A stretch of DNA of 32,000 nt from Delftia acidovorans NBRC 14950 (GCF_001598795.1 NZ_BCZP01000013.1:1-32000); one strand, 5' to 3'. Numbered from the stretch's first letter, positions 7,190 through 15,303 are shown. Program-made: numbers and translations. Notes: generated by a model not told the origin, from the sequence alone.

Positions 7190-7390
7190 TTGCACCTGAA
7201 GCTCAACGAACTGCTGGCAGCCAACAAGATTGCCAGCAACCGCATGATCGGCATCGAGGGGCTGGACGAGGAGCAGCTGCAGCAAGTGGCAGCCTTCTAC
7301 GTCAACCTGGCCGCCCGCGCGCGCGAAAGCGGAGCCTGCAAGGAATGCCACTCCATCGACGAGGACGACCCGGCACGGCCCGGCAACTGA
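7190..7390 (+). CDS. Small ORF resembling the C-terminal cytoplasmic segment of low-affinity iron permease family (PF04120-like) proteins; possible gene fragment
   Basis: HLKLNELLAANKIASNRMIGIEGLDEEQLQQVAAFYVNLAARARE follows the pattern I recall for that family (..KLDELIR....N.FIGIE.L.DEEL...). No TM segments lie upstream. It starts at TTG directly after the TGA of the previous ORF, in the same frame. Third positions are G/C rich. Confidence 0.42.
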   Translation: MHLKLNELLAANKIASNRMIGIEGLDEEQLQQVAAFYVNLAARARESGACKECHSIDEDDPARPGN

Positions 7391-7425
7391 GGCGGCCTGC
7401 CTGCCCTCCATCCAGGTAGAACCCC

Positions 7426-7668
7426 ATGCCCGACATTCCCGACATTCCCGATTGGCTCCAGTGGCCTGCCTTTGCGGCCTCCCTCATCGGCGCATGGTGG
7501 GTGGGCTCGCGTTCCGCCGGGCGGCGCAATGTGGGCTTCTGGATCCTGATGCTCAGCAATGTGCTGTGGGCACTGTGGGGATGGTCCTCCGGCGCCTGGG
7601 CGCTGGTGACGCTGCAGGCCTGCCTGGCAATCACCAACATCCGCGGCTCCATCAAGGCCGAGCGTTGA
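7426..7668 (+). CDS. 80-aa three-TM membrane protein, PnuC/SemiSWEET-like single triple-helix bundle
   Basis: There are three hydrophobic segments: WLQWPAFAASLIGAWWVG, NVGFWILMLSNVLWALWGW and GAWALVTLQACLAITNIRG. The W/N-rich pattern is reminiscent of PnuC-type repeats. Function is uncertain. Confidence 0.58.
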   Translation: MPDIPDIPDWLQWPAFAASLIGAWWVGSRSAGRRNVGFWILMLSNVLWALWGWSSGAWALVTLQACLAITNIRGSIKAER

Positions 7669-7783
7669 ACGCGCCATGCAGGCCGCCTCCCTCCCTATGG
7701 CCCGGTGCTGGCGCATGGCCGATCCGCGCACAAGCCGTCGGCTGACGGTCGGTGAACCTGGCACTCGGTACCGTGGTCTTTCC

Positions 7784-8539
7784 ATGGAAACACCCCCACT
7801 CCCCGCCCGCAGATTCGCCCTGTTCCTCGACTTCGACGGCACGCTTGTGCCGCTGGCCGAGACCCCGGACGCCATTGCGCCAGACCCCGCACTGATCCCC
7901 ATGCTGGCCAGGCTGCAAGGCCTGCTGGGGGGCGCGCTGGCCATCGTCACGGGGCGGCAGGTCGAGGTGCTGGACCACTTTCTGGCGCCGCTGCATCTGC
8001 CCGCCGCCTGCGAGCATGGCCTGCAGCGGCGGGATGCCGCAGGCCGCCTGCACCCGCAGCCATTGGCTCTGCCAGAGACTGTGCTGCAGTTGTGCAATGC
8101 CCTGGCGGCCGATCATCCCCGCCTGCTGGTGGAGCGCAAGCGCTCCTCGGTCGCACTGCACTACCGGCGTGCGCCAGAGCTGGCGGCGCTGTGCCTGGAT
8201 ACGTTGAGCCGCGTACTGCGGCACCTGCCCGGTCTGGAGCTGCTGCAAGGCAAATGCGTGCTGGAGGTCAGGCCCGCGGGCGTGGACAAGGGCCACGCCA
8301 TTGCGGCCTTTCTGCGCGAAGAGCCGTTCGCCGGACGCACCCCCGTTTTTGCCGGTGACGATGTCACAGACGAGAGCGGCTTTGCCGTGGTGCAGGCGCA
8401 CGGCGGCATGGCGATCAAGGTGGGCGAAGGCGCAAGCAGGGCACGCCACCGGCTGGACAGCCCGCAGGCCGTCCACGCCTGGCTGCAGTGCGCATGCATG
8501 CACCTGGCGGCGCAGACCTGCGCGGAGGCCCTGCCATGA
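7784..8539 (+). CDS. otsB: Trehalose-6-phosphate phosphatase (HAD family)
   Basis: HAD motifs are FLDFDGTL, VTGR and FAGDDVTDESGF. The track start at 7676 adds 36 codons with visibly poorer third-position G/C. The ATG at 7784 puts the DxDGT motif ~15 aa from the N-terminus, as in known OtsB. The stop overlaps the otsA ATG as ATGA (8536-8539). Confidence 0.87.
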   Translation: METPPLPARRFALFLDFDGTLVPLAETPDAIAPDPALIPMLARLQGLLGGALAIVTGRQVEVLDHFLAPLHLPAACEHGLQRRDAAGRLHPQPLALPETVLQLCNALAADHPRLLVERKRSSVALHYRRAPELAALCLDTLSRVLRHLPGLELLQGKCVLEVRPAGVDKGHAIAAFLREEPFAGRTPVFAGDDVTDESGFAVVQAHGGMAIKVGEGASRARHRLDSPQAVHAWLQCACMHLAAQTCAEALP

Positions 8540-10059
8540 GCCGGCTGGTGGTGATCTCCAACCGCGTGGCCGACCCGGGCAAGGCAGCCGCAGGCGGCCT
8601 GGCCGTTGCCATGGGCGATGCGTTGCGGCAGACCGGCGGCCTGTGGTTCGGCTGGAGCGGCACGGTCACCGATGGCCACGCCGCCGCCCCTGCCGGACAT
8701 GTGCACCGGACCCAGGCAGGCAAGGTCACGCTGGCCACCGTGGACCTGGACCGTGCGGACCACGACAGCTACTACGCGGGCTACAGCAACGGCGTGCTGT
8801 GGCCCGTCTTCCATGGCCGGCTGGACCTGGCGAACTTCGACACGGGCCTTGCGGCCGGCTACCGCCGCGTGAACCAGCTGCTTGCGCGCCGGCTGCTGCC
8901 CCTGCTGGCGGAGGACGACATCCTCTGGGTGCATGACTACCACCTGATCCCGCTGGCGGCCGAGCTGCGCGCCCTGGGCTGCCGCCAGCGCATCGGCTTT
9001 TTCCTGCACATCCCATTGCCCCCGCCGACCCTGCTGGCGGCCATTCCCGAGCATGCATGGCTGATGCGCTGCCTGTTCGCCTATGACCTCGTGGGCCTGC
9101 AGACCCGCCAGGACGTGCAGCACTTCGAGCGCTATGTCTGCGAGGAGGCGGGCGGCCAGGCCCTGGGCGAAGGCGCATTCCGCGCCCATGGCCAGCGCCT
9201 GGTCTGCCGCGACTTCCCCATAGGCATCGATGTGGAAGGTTTCATGGCGCTTGCACAGGGCGGCGCCTCGCGCGACATGCACGAGCGCATGAAGCACGAA
9301 TACGCCCAGCGCCGCCTGCTGCTGGGCATAGACCGGCTGGACTACTCCAAGGGCCTGCCGCAGCGCCTGCGCGCCTTCCGGGAGCTGCTGGCCCGTCATC
9401 CCGAGCAGCGCCGCCGCGCCACGCTGATCCAGATCGGCTCGCCCACGCGCGAGGGCCTGGACGCGTATGCCGACATACGGCGTGAACTCGAATCGCTGTG
9501 TGGCGCCATCAACGGCGACTACGGCGAACTGGACTGGATGCCCGTGCGCTACATCCACCAGACCCTGCCGCGCGAGGGCATTCCGGGCCTGTGCCGCGCG
9601 GCGGCCGTGGGCCTGGTCACCCCGCTGCGCGACGGCATGAACCTCGTGGCCAAGGAGTACGTGGCGGCCCAGGACCCGGCCGACCCGGGCGTGCTGGTGC
9701 TGTCGCGGTTTGCGGGCGCTGCCGAGCAGCTGCAGGAGGCGCTGCTGGTCAATCCCTACGACGTGCACGGCACGGCCGCCGTGGTGCAGCAGGCCCTGCA
9801 GATGCCGCTGCAGGAAAGGCGCCAGCGGCATCAGCGGCTGCTGCAGCGCATTGCCGAGCAGGACGTGCACTGGTGGCGCAAGGCCTTTCTGTCTGCCTTG
9901 AAAGAGGCCAGGCCGATGGAGCACAGGGAAAGGGAAGGCTTCGGCATTCCCGTTCCCTCGATCAGGCAGGAGCAGGCACCGCTGCGCCTGGAACTGGCTG
10001 CCTGCCCTGCCGACGGCGTGGAACGGGGCACCTGCCGGTCGGTGGTCTCCGACAGGTAA
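8536..10059 (+). CDS. otsA: Alpha,alpha-trehalose-phosphate synthase (GT20)
   Basis: The N-terminus reads [13 protein letters not shown]20 motifs are [34 protein letters not shown] and [17 protein letters not shown] use the start at 8536 (ATGA coupling to otsB) rather than the track GTG at 8488. Confidence 0.92.
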   Translation: MSRLVVISNRVADPGKAAAGGLAVAMGDALRQTGGLWFGWSGTVTDGHAAAPAGHVHRTQAGKVTLATVDLDRADHDSYYAGYSNGVLWPVFHGRLDLANFDTGLAAGYRRVNQLLARRLLPLLAEDDILWVHDYHLIPLAAELRALGCRQRIGFFLHIPLPPPTLLAAIPEHAWLMRCLFAYDLVGLQTRQDVQHFERYVCEEAGGQALGEGAFRAHGQRLVCRDFPIGIDVEGFMALAQGGASRDMHERMKHEYAQRRLLLGIDRLDYSKGLPQRLRAFRELLARHPEQRRRATLIQIGSPTREGLDAYADIRRELESLCGAINGDYGELDWMPVRYIHQTLPREGIPGLCRAAAVGLVTPLRDGMNLVAKEYVAAQDPADPGVLVLSRFAGAAEQLQEALLVNPYDVHGTAAVVQQALQMPLQERRQRHQRLLQRIAEQDVHWWRKAFLSALKEARPMEHREREGFGIPVPSIRQEQAPLRLELAACPADGVERGTCRSVVSDR

Positions 10060-10170
10060 TGCCTTCCTGCTCCTGCGGCGCCGCGTTCATCCTCCCGGCA
10101 CCATGGCATCGCCTGGCGTTTCCCCCATTTTCCAGGCTGCGCAAGGCACGAAAAAGGAAGGTGAGCGGTG

Positions 10171-11259
10171 ATGGCCCAGCACAACGACGAGCACGCCAAT
10201 GCGTGGACATGCAGCGACACGCTGGCCCAAGCCTTGCGCGGCCATGCGGACATGTCGCCGGCGGACCAATTGGCCCTGCTGGTAGCGCAGGGCGCCGACC
10301 GCCTGCCGCTGCCGGGCCATGGTCACACGCTGCAGCGCTGGCGAGCACTGGCCGAAGTGGCTGCCCACAGCCTGGGCCTGGCCAAGCTCTATGAAGGCCA
10401 TACCGACGCCCTGGCCATCCTGTCCGAACTGCAGGCCGACCTGGCCACCGAAGGACTGCGCTGGGCCGTCTGGTGCGCCGAGCCGCCGGGCGAGCGCGTG
10501 CAGGCCACGGCGGCATCTCCCGACGCCACGCAACGCACGACGCTGCAGGCAGGCTCGGCGGTTCGCCTGTCCGGCCACAAGCCCTGGTGCTCCGGCGCCC
10601 GTGCCGTGGACCGTGCCCTGGTCAGCGGCTGGCTGGCAGACGGCCAGCGCTGCCTGATCGCCGTCACCATGGACCAGCCCGGCATCCGCAGGGACGACAG
10701 CCACTGGCAGGCCGTGGGCATGGCCGCCAGCGCCAGCGCCGATGTGCACTTCGACGGCGCCACCGGCGTGCTGGTCGGGGCCCCGGGCCAGTACCTGAGC
10801 CGCCCCGGCTTTCACCATGGCGGCGCAGGCGTTGCGGCCTGCTGGCATGGCGCGGCAGCGCGCATCGCCAGCCATCTGCAGCAGGCCGTCAGTCAAGGCG
10901 AGGACCCGCACCGCCAGGCCCACCTGGGCGCGCTGGACGTGGCCCTGGCCAGCGCGGCCGGCCTGCTGCGCGACGCTGCGGCCTGCATCGATGCCACGCC
11001 ATCGGACCCCTGCCTGCTGGCCGTGAGCCGCGCCCGCCTGGCCGTGGAAGCCGCCGCCGAAGAGGTGCTGCGGCGCGTGCCGCGCGCCATCGGACCGGGC
11101 CCGCTGTGCAAGAACAGGGGTCTGGCGCAGCTGATGGCCGACCTGCCCGTCTTCATCCGCCAAAGCCATGCCGAGCGCGACCAGGCCGCGCTGGGCCGCC
11201 TGCTGGCCGAGAAGGCACAGGCCTCGCAGGCACCGGGAGGCGCGGCATGGATGCTGTGA
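10171..11259 (+). CDS. Acyl-CoA dehydrogenase-fold flavoprotein, substrate unknown
   Basis: 362 aa. AAGGAAGG lies 8 nt upstream of the ATG at 10171. The ACAD-like pattern includes GHGHTLQRWRALAEVAAHSLGLAKLYEGHTDA, KPWCSGA and HHGGAGVAACWHGAA. It is the first gene of a translationally coupled four-gene set. Confidence 0.78.
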   Translation: MAQHNDEHANAWTCSDTLAQALRGHADMSPADQLALLVAQGADRLPLPGHGHTLQRWRALAEVAAHSLGLAKLYEGHTDALAILSELQADLATEGLRWAVWCAEPPGERVQATAASPDATQRTTLQAGSAVRLSGHKPWCSGARAVDRALVSGWLADGQRCLIAVTMDQPGIRRDDSHWQAVGMAASASADVHFDGATGVLVGAPGQYLSRPGFHHGGAGVAACWHGAAARIASHLQQAVSQGEDPHRQAHLGALDVALASAAGLLRDAAACIDATPSDPCLLAVSRARLAVEAAAEEVLRRVPRAIGPGPLCKNRGLAQLMADLPVFIRQSHAERDQAALGRLLAEKAQASQAPGGAAWML

Positions 11260-12005
11260 AGCCGCGCCTCATCGAGGGCCGGGGCACGCCCGAATCGCGC
11301 TGGCAGGCCTGGTTTGCGCAACGCCGGCCAGCGCAGGTATCCATGGACGACCTGCTGGACGGCCGGCGCCGCGCCGTCATCGTCGCGCCGCACCCCGATG
11401 ACGAGATCCTGGGCTGCGCCGGCCTGCTGCACCGCTGTGCCGAGCGGGGCATGCCCTGCCTCATCGTCTCCGTGACCGATGGCGGAGCCAGCCACCCCGA
11501 CTCGACGCTGTGGCCGCCGCAGCGTCTGGTGCGCGAGCGCGTGCAGGAAAGCACTCAGGCCCTGGCCCTGCTTGCGCCGCAGGCGCTGGTGCTGCGGCTG
11601 GGCCTGCCCGACGGCCATATCGCCGAGCATGCCGCGCAGTTGCTGCAGCGGCTGGAGCAGTTGCTGCAGCCCTCGGACGCGCTGCTGTGCACCTGGCGCG
11701 AAGACGGTCACCCGGACCACGAGGCCACGGGACAGGCCTGCGCCACGGCGGCCCGGCACACGGGCTGCCGGCTCTTCGAGCTGCCGATCTGGGCCTGGCA
11801 CTGGGCCGAGCCCGGCGACACGCGCGTGCCCTGGCACCGCGCCGCCGCCATTGCGCTGGCACCGCAGGAGCTGGCGCTCAAGCGCAAGGCCCTGTCGTGC
11901 TTTCGCAGCCAGCTGCTGCCAGACCCGTCCACGGGCCGCGACGCCGTCCTGCCGTCCTGGGCCACGCAGCGCCTGCTGCGTCCGTTTGAAGTGGTGTTTC
12001 TATGA
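11247..12005 (+). CDS. PIG-L / LmbE family de-N-acetylase
   Basis: The ATG at 11247 is preceded by GGGAGG (11235-11240) and overlaps the ACAD stop by 13 nt. Motifs are VIVAPHPDDEILGCAG and GHPDHEATG (zinc-binding PIG-L signature). The long upstream part of track ORF 10473..12005 is an Arg/Pro/Gly-rich off-frame artefact. Confidence 0.85.
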   Translation: MDAVKPRLIEGRGTPESRWQAWFAQRRPAQVSMDDLLDGRRRAVIVAPHPDDEILGCAGLLHRCAERGMPCLIVSVTDGGASHPDSTLWPPQRLVRERVQESTQALALLAPQALVLRLGLPDGHIAEHAAQLLQRLEQLLQPSDALLCTWREDGHPDHEATGQACATAARHTGCRLFELPIWAWHWAEPGDTRVPWHRAAAIALAPQELALKRKALSCFRSQLLPDPSTGRDAVLPSWATQRLLRPFEVVFL

Positions 12006-12610
12006 ACGGCGCCAGGCAACACTTCGAGCAGATGTACCAGGCCGACCCCGACCCCTGGCAGGTCGCATCGCGCTGGTACGAGCGGCGCAAGCGCGATCTG
12101 CTGCTGGCCGCCCTGCCGCGCGAGCGCTATGCCCACGGCTTCGAGCCCGGCTGCGGCAATGGCGAGGCCACGCAGCGCCTGCTGCAGCGCTGCGACCGGC
12201 TGTGCGCCGTCGATTTCTCGGACATGGCCGTGCAGCTGTGCCGCCAGCGGATTGCGCCGCAGGACCGCGCCCGCCTGGACCTGCAGGCCCTGCCCCTGCC
12301 CTGGCAATGGCCCCAGGTGCCACAGATGCCGCAGCAAGGCTTCGATCTCATCGTGGTCTCGGAGCTCGCCTACTACTTCGACGACGCGGCACTGGCGCAT
12401 TTCAACCGCCAGTGCCTGGCCTCGCTGCAGGGCGGCGGGCACTGGCTCATGTGCCACTGGCGGCATGGGGCGCACGATCACCTGCAGACCACTCGCACCC
12501 TGCATGACAGCGTGTCGGCCCATGCGCAGCTGCACTTGCTGCTGAGCCACAGAGAGCCGGATTTCCAGCTGGACATCTGGCAGAAAACCCCTGAAAGGAC
12601 GTACAGATGA
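12002..12610 (+). CDS. Class I SAM-dependent methyltransferase (NodS-like)
   Basis: The N-terminus FEQMYQADPDPWQVASRWYERRKRDLLLAAL is NodS-type. SAM motif I reads GFEPGCGNGEAT. ATGA overlaps occur at both ends (12002-12005 and 12607-12610). Confidence 0.85.
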   Translation: MNGARQHFEQMYQADPDPWQVASRWYERRKRDLLLAALPRERYAHGFEPGCGNGEATQRLLQRCDRLCAVDFSDMAVQLCRQRIAPQDRARLDLQALPLPWQWPQVPQMPQQGFDLIVVSELAYYFDDAALAHFNRQCLASLQGGGHWLMCHWRHGAHDHLQTTRTLHDSVSAHAQLHLLLSHREPDFQLDIWQKTPERTYR

Positions 12611-13365
12611 TCGGCGTGTGCATCCCAGCCCATGACGAGGAAGACCTCATAGGCCGCTGCCTGGACAGCGTGTTTGGCGCGGCCGCCCATGCCGACCTGC
12701 AAGGCGAGACCGTGGCCGTCGTCGTGGTGCTGGACAGCTGCCAGGACGCCACCGAATCGGCCGTGCGCCGCTGGCCCGCCATCCCGTTGCCGATTGCCGC
12801 GCGCAACGTGGGCAAGGCCCGCGCGCTGGGGTCGGAGTACCTGCTGCTGCTGGGCGCCCGCTGGCTGGCCTTCACGGATGCCGACACCACGGTCTCCCAG
12901 AGTTGGCTGGCAGACCAGCTGGCGCTTCAGTCCGACGTGGTCTGCGGCACGGTGCAAGTGGCCGACTGGTCGGCCCACGGCGTCCAGGCGGACACGGCGC
13001 GGCGGCACTTCGAGACCACCTACACGGACCGCGACGGCCACCGCCACGTGCACGGCGCCAACCTGGGCATCTCAGCCTGGCACTACCGCCAGGCCGGCGG
13101 GTTCGACGCACGCACCTGCGGCGAGGACCAGGACCTGGTGGACCGCCTGGCGGCCGGCGGCGCCCGCATCGCCTGGTCGGCCCGGCCCCGGGTGATGACC
13201 AGCGGCCGCGCCTACTCGCGTGTGGCCGACGGTTTTGCCGGTGCGCTGCGCCAGGGATGGGCCCTGCCCGGCAACACGCCGCCTGAGCTGCCCGTGCTCC
13301 AGGGCGCCCTGGCGCAGCAGGCCCTGGCCCTGCCTCAACCGCAGGCCGGCTCGTCCACGCGGTAG
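12607..13365 (+). CDS. Family 2 glycosyltransferase
   Basis: The GT2-type pattern includes CIPAHDEEDLIGRCLDS, a DxD motif in FTDADT, GANLGI and GEDQDLVDRL. It is the last gene of the coupled four-gene set. Confidence 0.85.
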   Translation: MIGVCIPAHDEEDLIGRCLDSVFGAAAHADLQGETVAVVVVLDSCQDATESAVRRWPAIPLPIAARNVGKARALGSEYLLLLGARWLAFTDADTTVSQSWLADQLALQSDVVCGTVQVADWSAHGVQADTARRHFETTYTDRDGHRHVHGANLGISAWHYRQAGGFDARTCGEDQDLVDRLAAGGARIAWSARPRVMTSGRAYSRVADGFAGALRQGWALPGNTPPELPVLQGALAQQALALPQPQAGSSTR

Positions 13366-13895
13366 CAGTCCCTGAGGAACACCGGCAGGTCGTTGGCCGG
13401 CGGCACGAAGGGCACCTGGTACATCATGTCGCTGACAAAACCACGGTGGTAGCTGCCGTGGTTCACCACGTGCAGCACGATCTGCTCGCGCGTCATGGCG
13501 CCCTGCCCGCCGCCCACGAACTCGAAGTGCACGACCTTCGCCAGGTCTTCGTCCGGGCATGCGTCGACGAACTCCACATACCAGCGGTCCATTGCCTGCA
13601 CGGATTCCCACAGCGCCTGCAGCGTGGGCGTGTGGTCGGTGTTGCGCATCGTGTAGCCATGTTTGCGGCCCTGCAGGTGGTGCCTGAAGATGTCCTCCAC
13701 CACAAGGACGTGGTTCAGCGTGCGCACCATGTTGCCGAAGCTCGTGGGGCGCTGCTTCAGGGCCTCGCCTTCGGGCAGCTCCATCACGCTCTTGAAGGTC
13801 AGGCCGTTGGCCCAGGCCTTGTAGCGCACCAGCATTTTCAGGTTGGCCCTGGCCGATGAGACGGGAGCGCGCGGGCTCTCTTGGATCGCTGTCAT
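13335..13895 (-). CDS. DinB-family (DinB_2) metal-dependent protein
   Basis: 186 aa. The DinB-like four-helix pattern includes YKAWANGLTF, TLNHVLVVEDIFRHHL and HVVNHGSYHRG. Its 3' end overlaps the GT2 3' end by 31 nt (convergent). Confidence 0.83.
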   Translation of the reverse strand: MTAIQESPRAPVSSARANLKMLVRYKAWANGLTFKSVMELPEGEALKQRPTSFGNMVRTLNHVLVVEDIFRHHLQGRKHGYTMRNTDHTPTLQALWESVQAMDRWYVEFVDACPDEDLAKVVHFEFVGGGQGAMTREQIVLHVVNHGSYHRGFVSDMMYQVPFVPPANDLPVFLRDCYRVDEPACG

Positions 13896-13917
13896 TCGTG
13901 GTTTCTTTCGGTGTGGA

Positions 13918-14766
13918 TCAAAGGCCGCTCAGTGCGCCTTCGACATGGGTGCGCGCAGTGCCGCCCACCCAGACCTGGCCCGTGCCGTCACGGGTCAGGA
14001 AGATGCGGCCGTCACGGCCCAGACAGCGGCCCTGGGCGGCAACATAGTCGCTGTCCATCACCCCCGTCGCAAACAGCCACTGCGCCAGCGAGGCGTTGAG
14101 GCTGCCGGTGACGGGGTCTTCGACGATGGCGCCCTGGTGATCGGAGAAGAAGGCGCGCACCTCGCAGGCGGCAGGGCTGGCACCGCTGGCATAGGGTCCC
14201 ACCACGCCCACGTCCATGCGCGTGGGCCACTGCCGGGCCGGGTTCAGCGCCAGCACCTTCTCGGCCGAGGCCAGGCGGATGCCCAGCCAGCCGGGGCCGT
14301 TGTCTATCCACGAGGCGCCCTGCACCTCTTCGGCAGTGATGCCCAGCATGCGCAGCGCGGCATCCAGCTCATCGGCGGTGGGCGCGCCAAAGCGCAGCAT
14401 GGGCGGCGCGGCGAATGCCAGCCGCCCATGCTCCTGCCGTATCTGCACCAGTCCCGCCCCGCACTCCTGGACGATGTGGCCTGCGTTCTTGGGCGCACCG
14501 CGCTGGGACAGCCAGGCATGGCAGCTGCCCAGCGTGGGATGGCCGGCAAAAGGCATCTCCCGGTCCAGCGTGAAAATCCTCACGCGGTAGTCGGCCTGCG
14601 CCTGCGTGGGCGGCAGCAGGAACGCGGTTTCGGAGAGGTTGAACCAGCGCGTCAGCTGCTGCATCTGTGCAGTGGTCAGCGCCTGCCCACCGGTGATCAC
14701 GGCCAGCGGATTGCCAGACAGCGGGCCGCTGGCGAAAACGTCGACCATATGAACGGCAATGCTCAT
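13918..14766 (-). CDS. PhzF-family isomerase
   Basis: 282 aa. VDVFASGPLSGNPLAVI...FNLSETAFLL and FAGHPTLGS are typical of the PhzF family. Confidence 0.9.
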   Translation of the reverse strand: MSIAVHMVDVFASGPLSGNPLAVITGGQALTTAQMQQLTRWFNLSETAFLLPPTQAQADYRVRIFTLDREMPFAGHPTLGSCHAWLSQRGAPKNAGHIVQECGAGLVQIRQEHGRLAFAAPPMLRFGAPTADELDAALRMLGITAEEVQGASWIDNGPGWLGIRLASAEKVLALNPARQWPTRMDVGVVGPYASGASPAACEVRAFFSDHQGAIVEDPVTGSLNASLAQWLFATGVMDSDYVAAQGRCLGRDGRIFLTRDGTGQVWVGGTARTHVEGALSGL

Positions 14767-14829
14767 GAAGACGGTCCTTGTTGCATGGAAAGGAAAAGAA
14801 AGGGAAACGGGCGGCGGGCCCGTGCAGCG

Positions 14830-15234
14830 CTACGGCCGCACATCGGCGCGATGCAACACATGGACCTTGTTGCCGTCGGGATCGCGCAGGTAGGCGCCGT
14901 AGTAGCCATCGCCGTAATGCGGGCGCGGGCCGGGCGGGCCTTCGTCGCTGCCGCCCCGGGCCAGGCCGGCGGCATGGGCCGCGTCCACCGCGTCGGGCGA
15001 CGGGGCCACAAAGGCCACCATGGCGCCATTGCCCGCCGTGGCCGGCTCGCCGTTGAAGGGGCTGTAGACATAAAAGCGCGGCAAGGCCGCCGGCGGCGCC
15101 ACCCAGCACAGCGCGGCCGGCCCGCCATCGGGCTGGACGGCGCGGCGCTGCAGTCCCAGCGGGAAAAGCACCGCGTCATAGAAGCGGCCGGCCCGCTCGA
15201 GATCACGGGCGCCGACGGTGATGTGGCTGAACAT
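14830..15234 (-). CDS. VOC / glyoxalase-family protein
   Basis: 134 aa. It reads MFSHITVGARDLERAGRFYDAVL...GYYGAYLRDPDGNKVH, the VOC-fold pattern. Confidence 0.85.
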   Translation of the reverse strand: MFSHITVGARDLERAGRFYDAVLFPLGLQRRAVQPDGGPAALCWVAPPAALPRFYVYSPFNGEPATAGNGAMVAFVAPSPDAVDAAHAAGLARGGSDEGPPGPRPHYGDGYYGAYLRDPDGNKVHVLHRADVRP

Positions 15235-15246
15235 GGAGTGAACGTT

Positions 15247-15271
15247 ACACTATCGACAAATGAAATAGTGT
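15247..15271. promoter_or_regulatory. Inverted repeat in the AT-rich divergent region between the VOC and MocR genes (candidate operator)
   Basis: ACACTAT (15247-15253) and ATAGTGT (15265-15271) are perfect reverse complements separated by 11 nt. They sit in the only AT-rich stretch of this region. Confidence 0.35.
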
Positions 15272-15303
15272 CACGGCACACTCATTTTTTCCTTGCCCCG
15301 ACC

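Noticed and set aside
6595-7411. Upstream extension of minus ORF 6388..7254, and minus ORF 6476..7411
   Set aside because: Only the last 68 codons of 6388..7254 have an AAGGAG-preceded ATG, a terminator and coding-like composition. The rest overlaps the better-supported plus-strand genes 6866..7390 in antisense.
8161-9924. 587-aa minus-strand ORF
   Set aside because: It is fully antisense to otsA, which carries canonical GT20 motifs. This is a shadow ORF.
10473-11246. N-terminal 258 codons of track ORF 10473..12005
   Set aside because: This part is an Arg/Pro/Gly-rich off-frame read through the ACAD-like gene. The genuine PIG-L gene starts at the GGGAGG-preceded ATG at 11247.
13335-13365. 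31-nt overlap of the convergent GT2 and DinB 3' ends, and a 17-nt overlap at 16655..16671
   Set aside because: Overlapping convergent stops are common in compact GC-rich genomes. I saw no associated structure or motif, so these are noted only as the absence of terminators.
13843-15303. N-terminal ~487 codons of the 942-aa track ORF 13843..16671
   Set aside because: This part is antisense to the DinB 5' end and the PhzF and VOC genes, and it crosses the AT-rich promoter region. The MocR protein begins at 15304.
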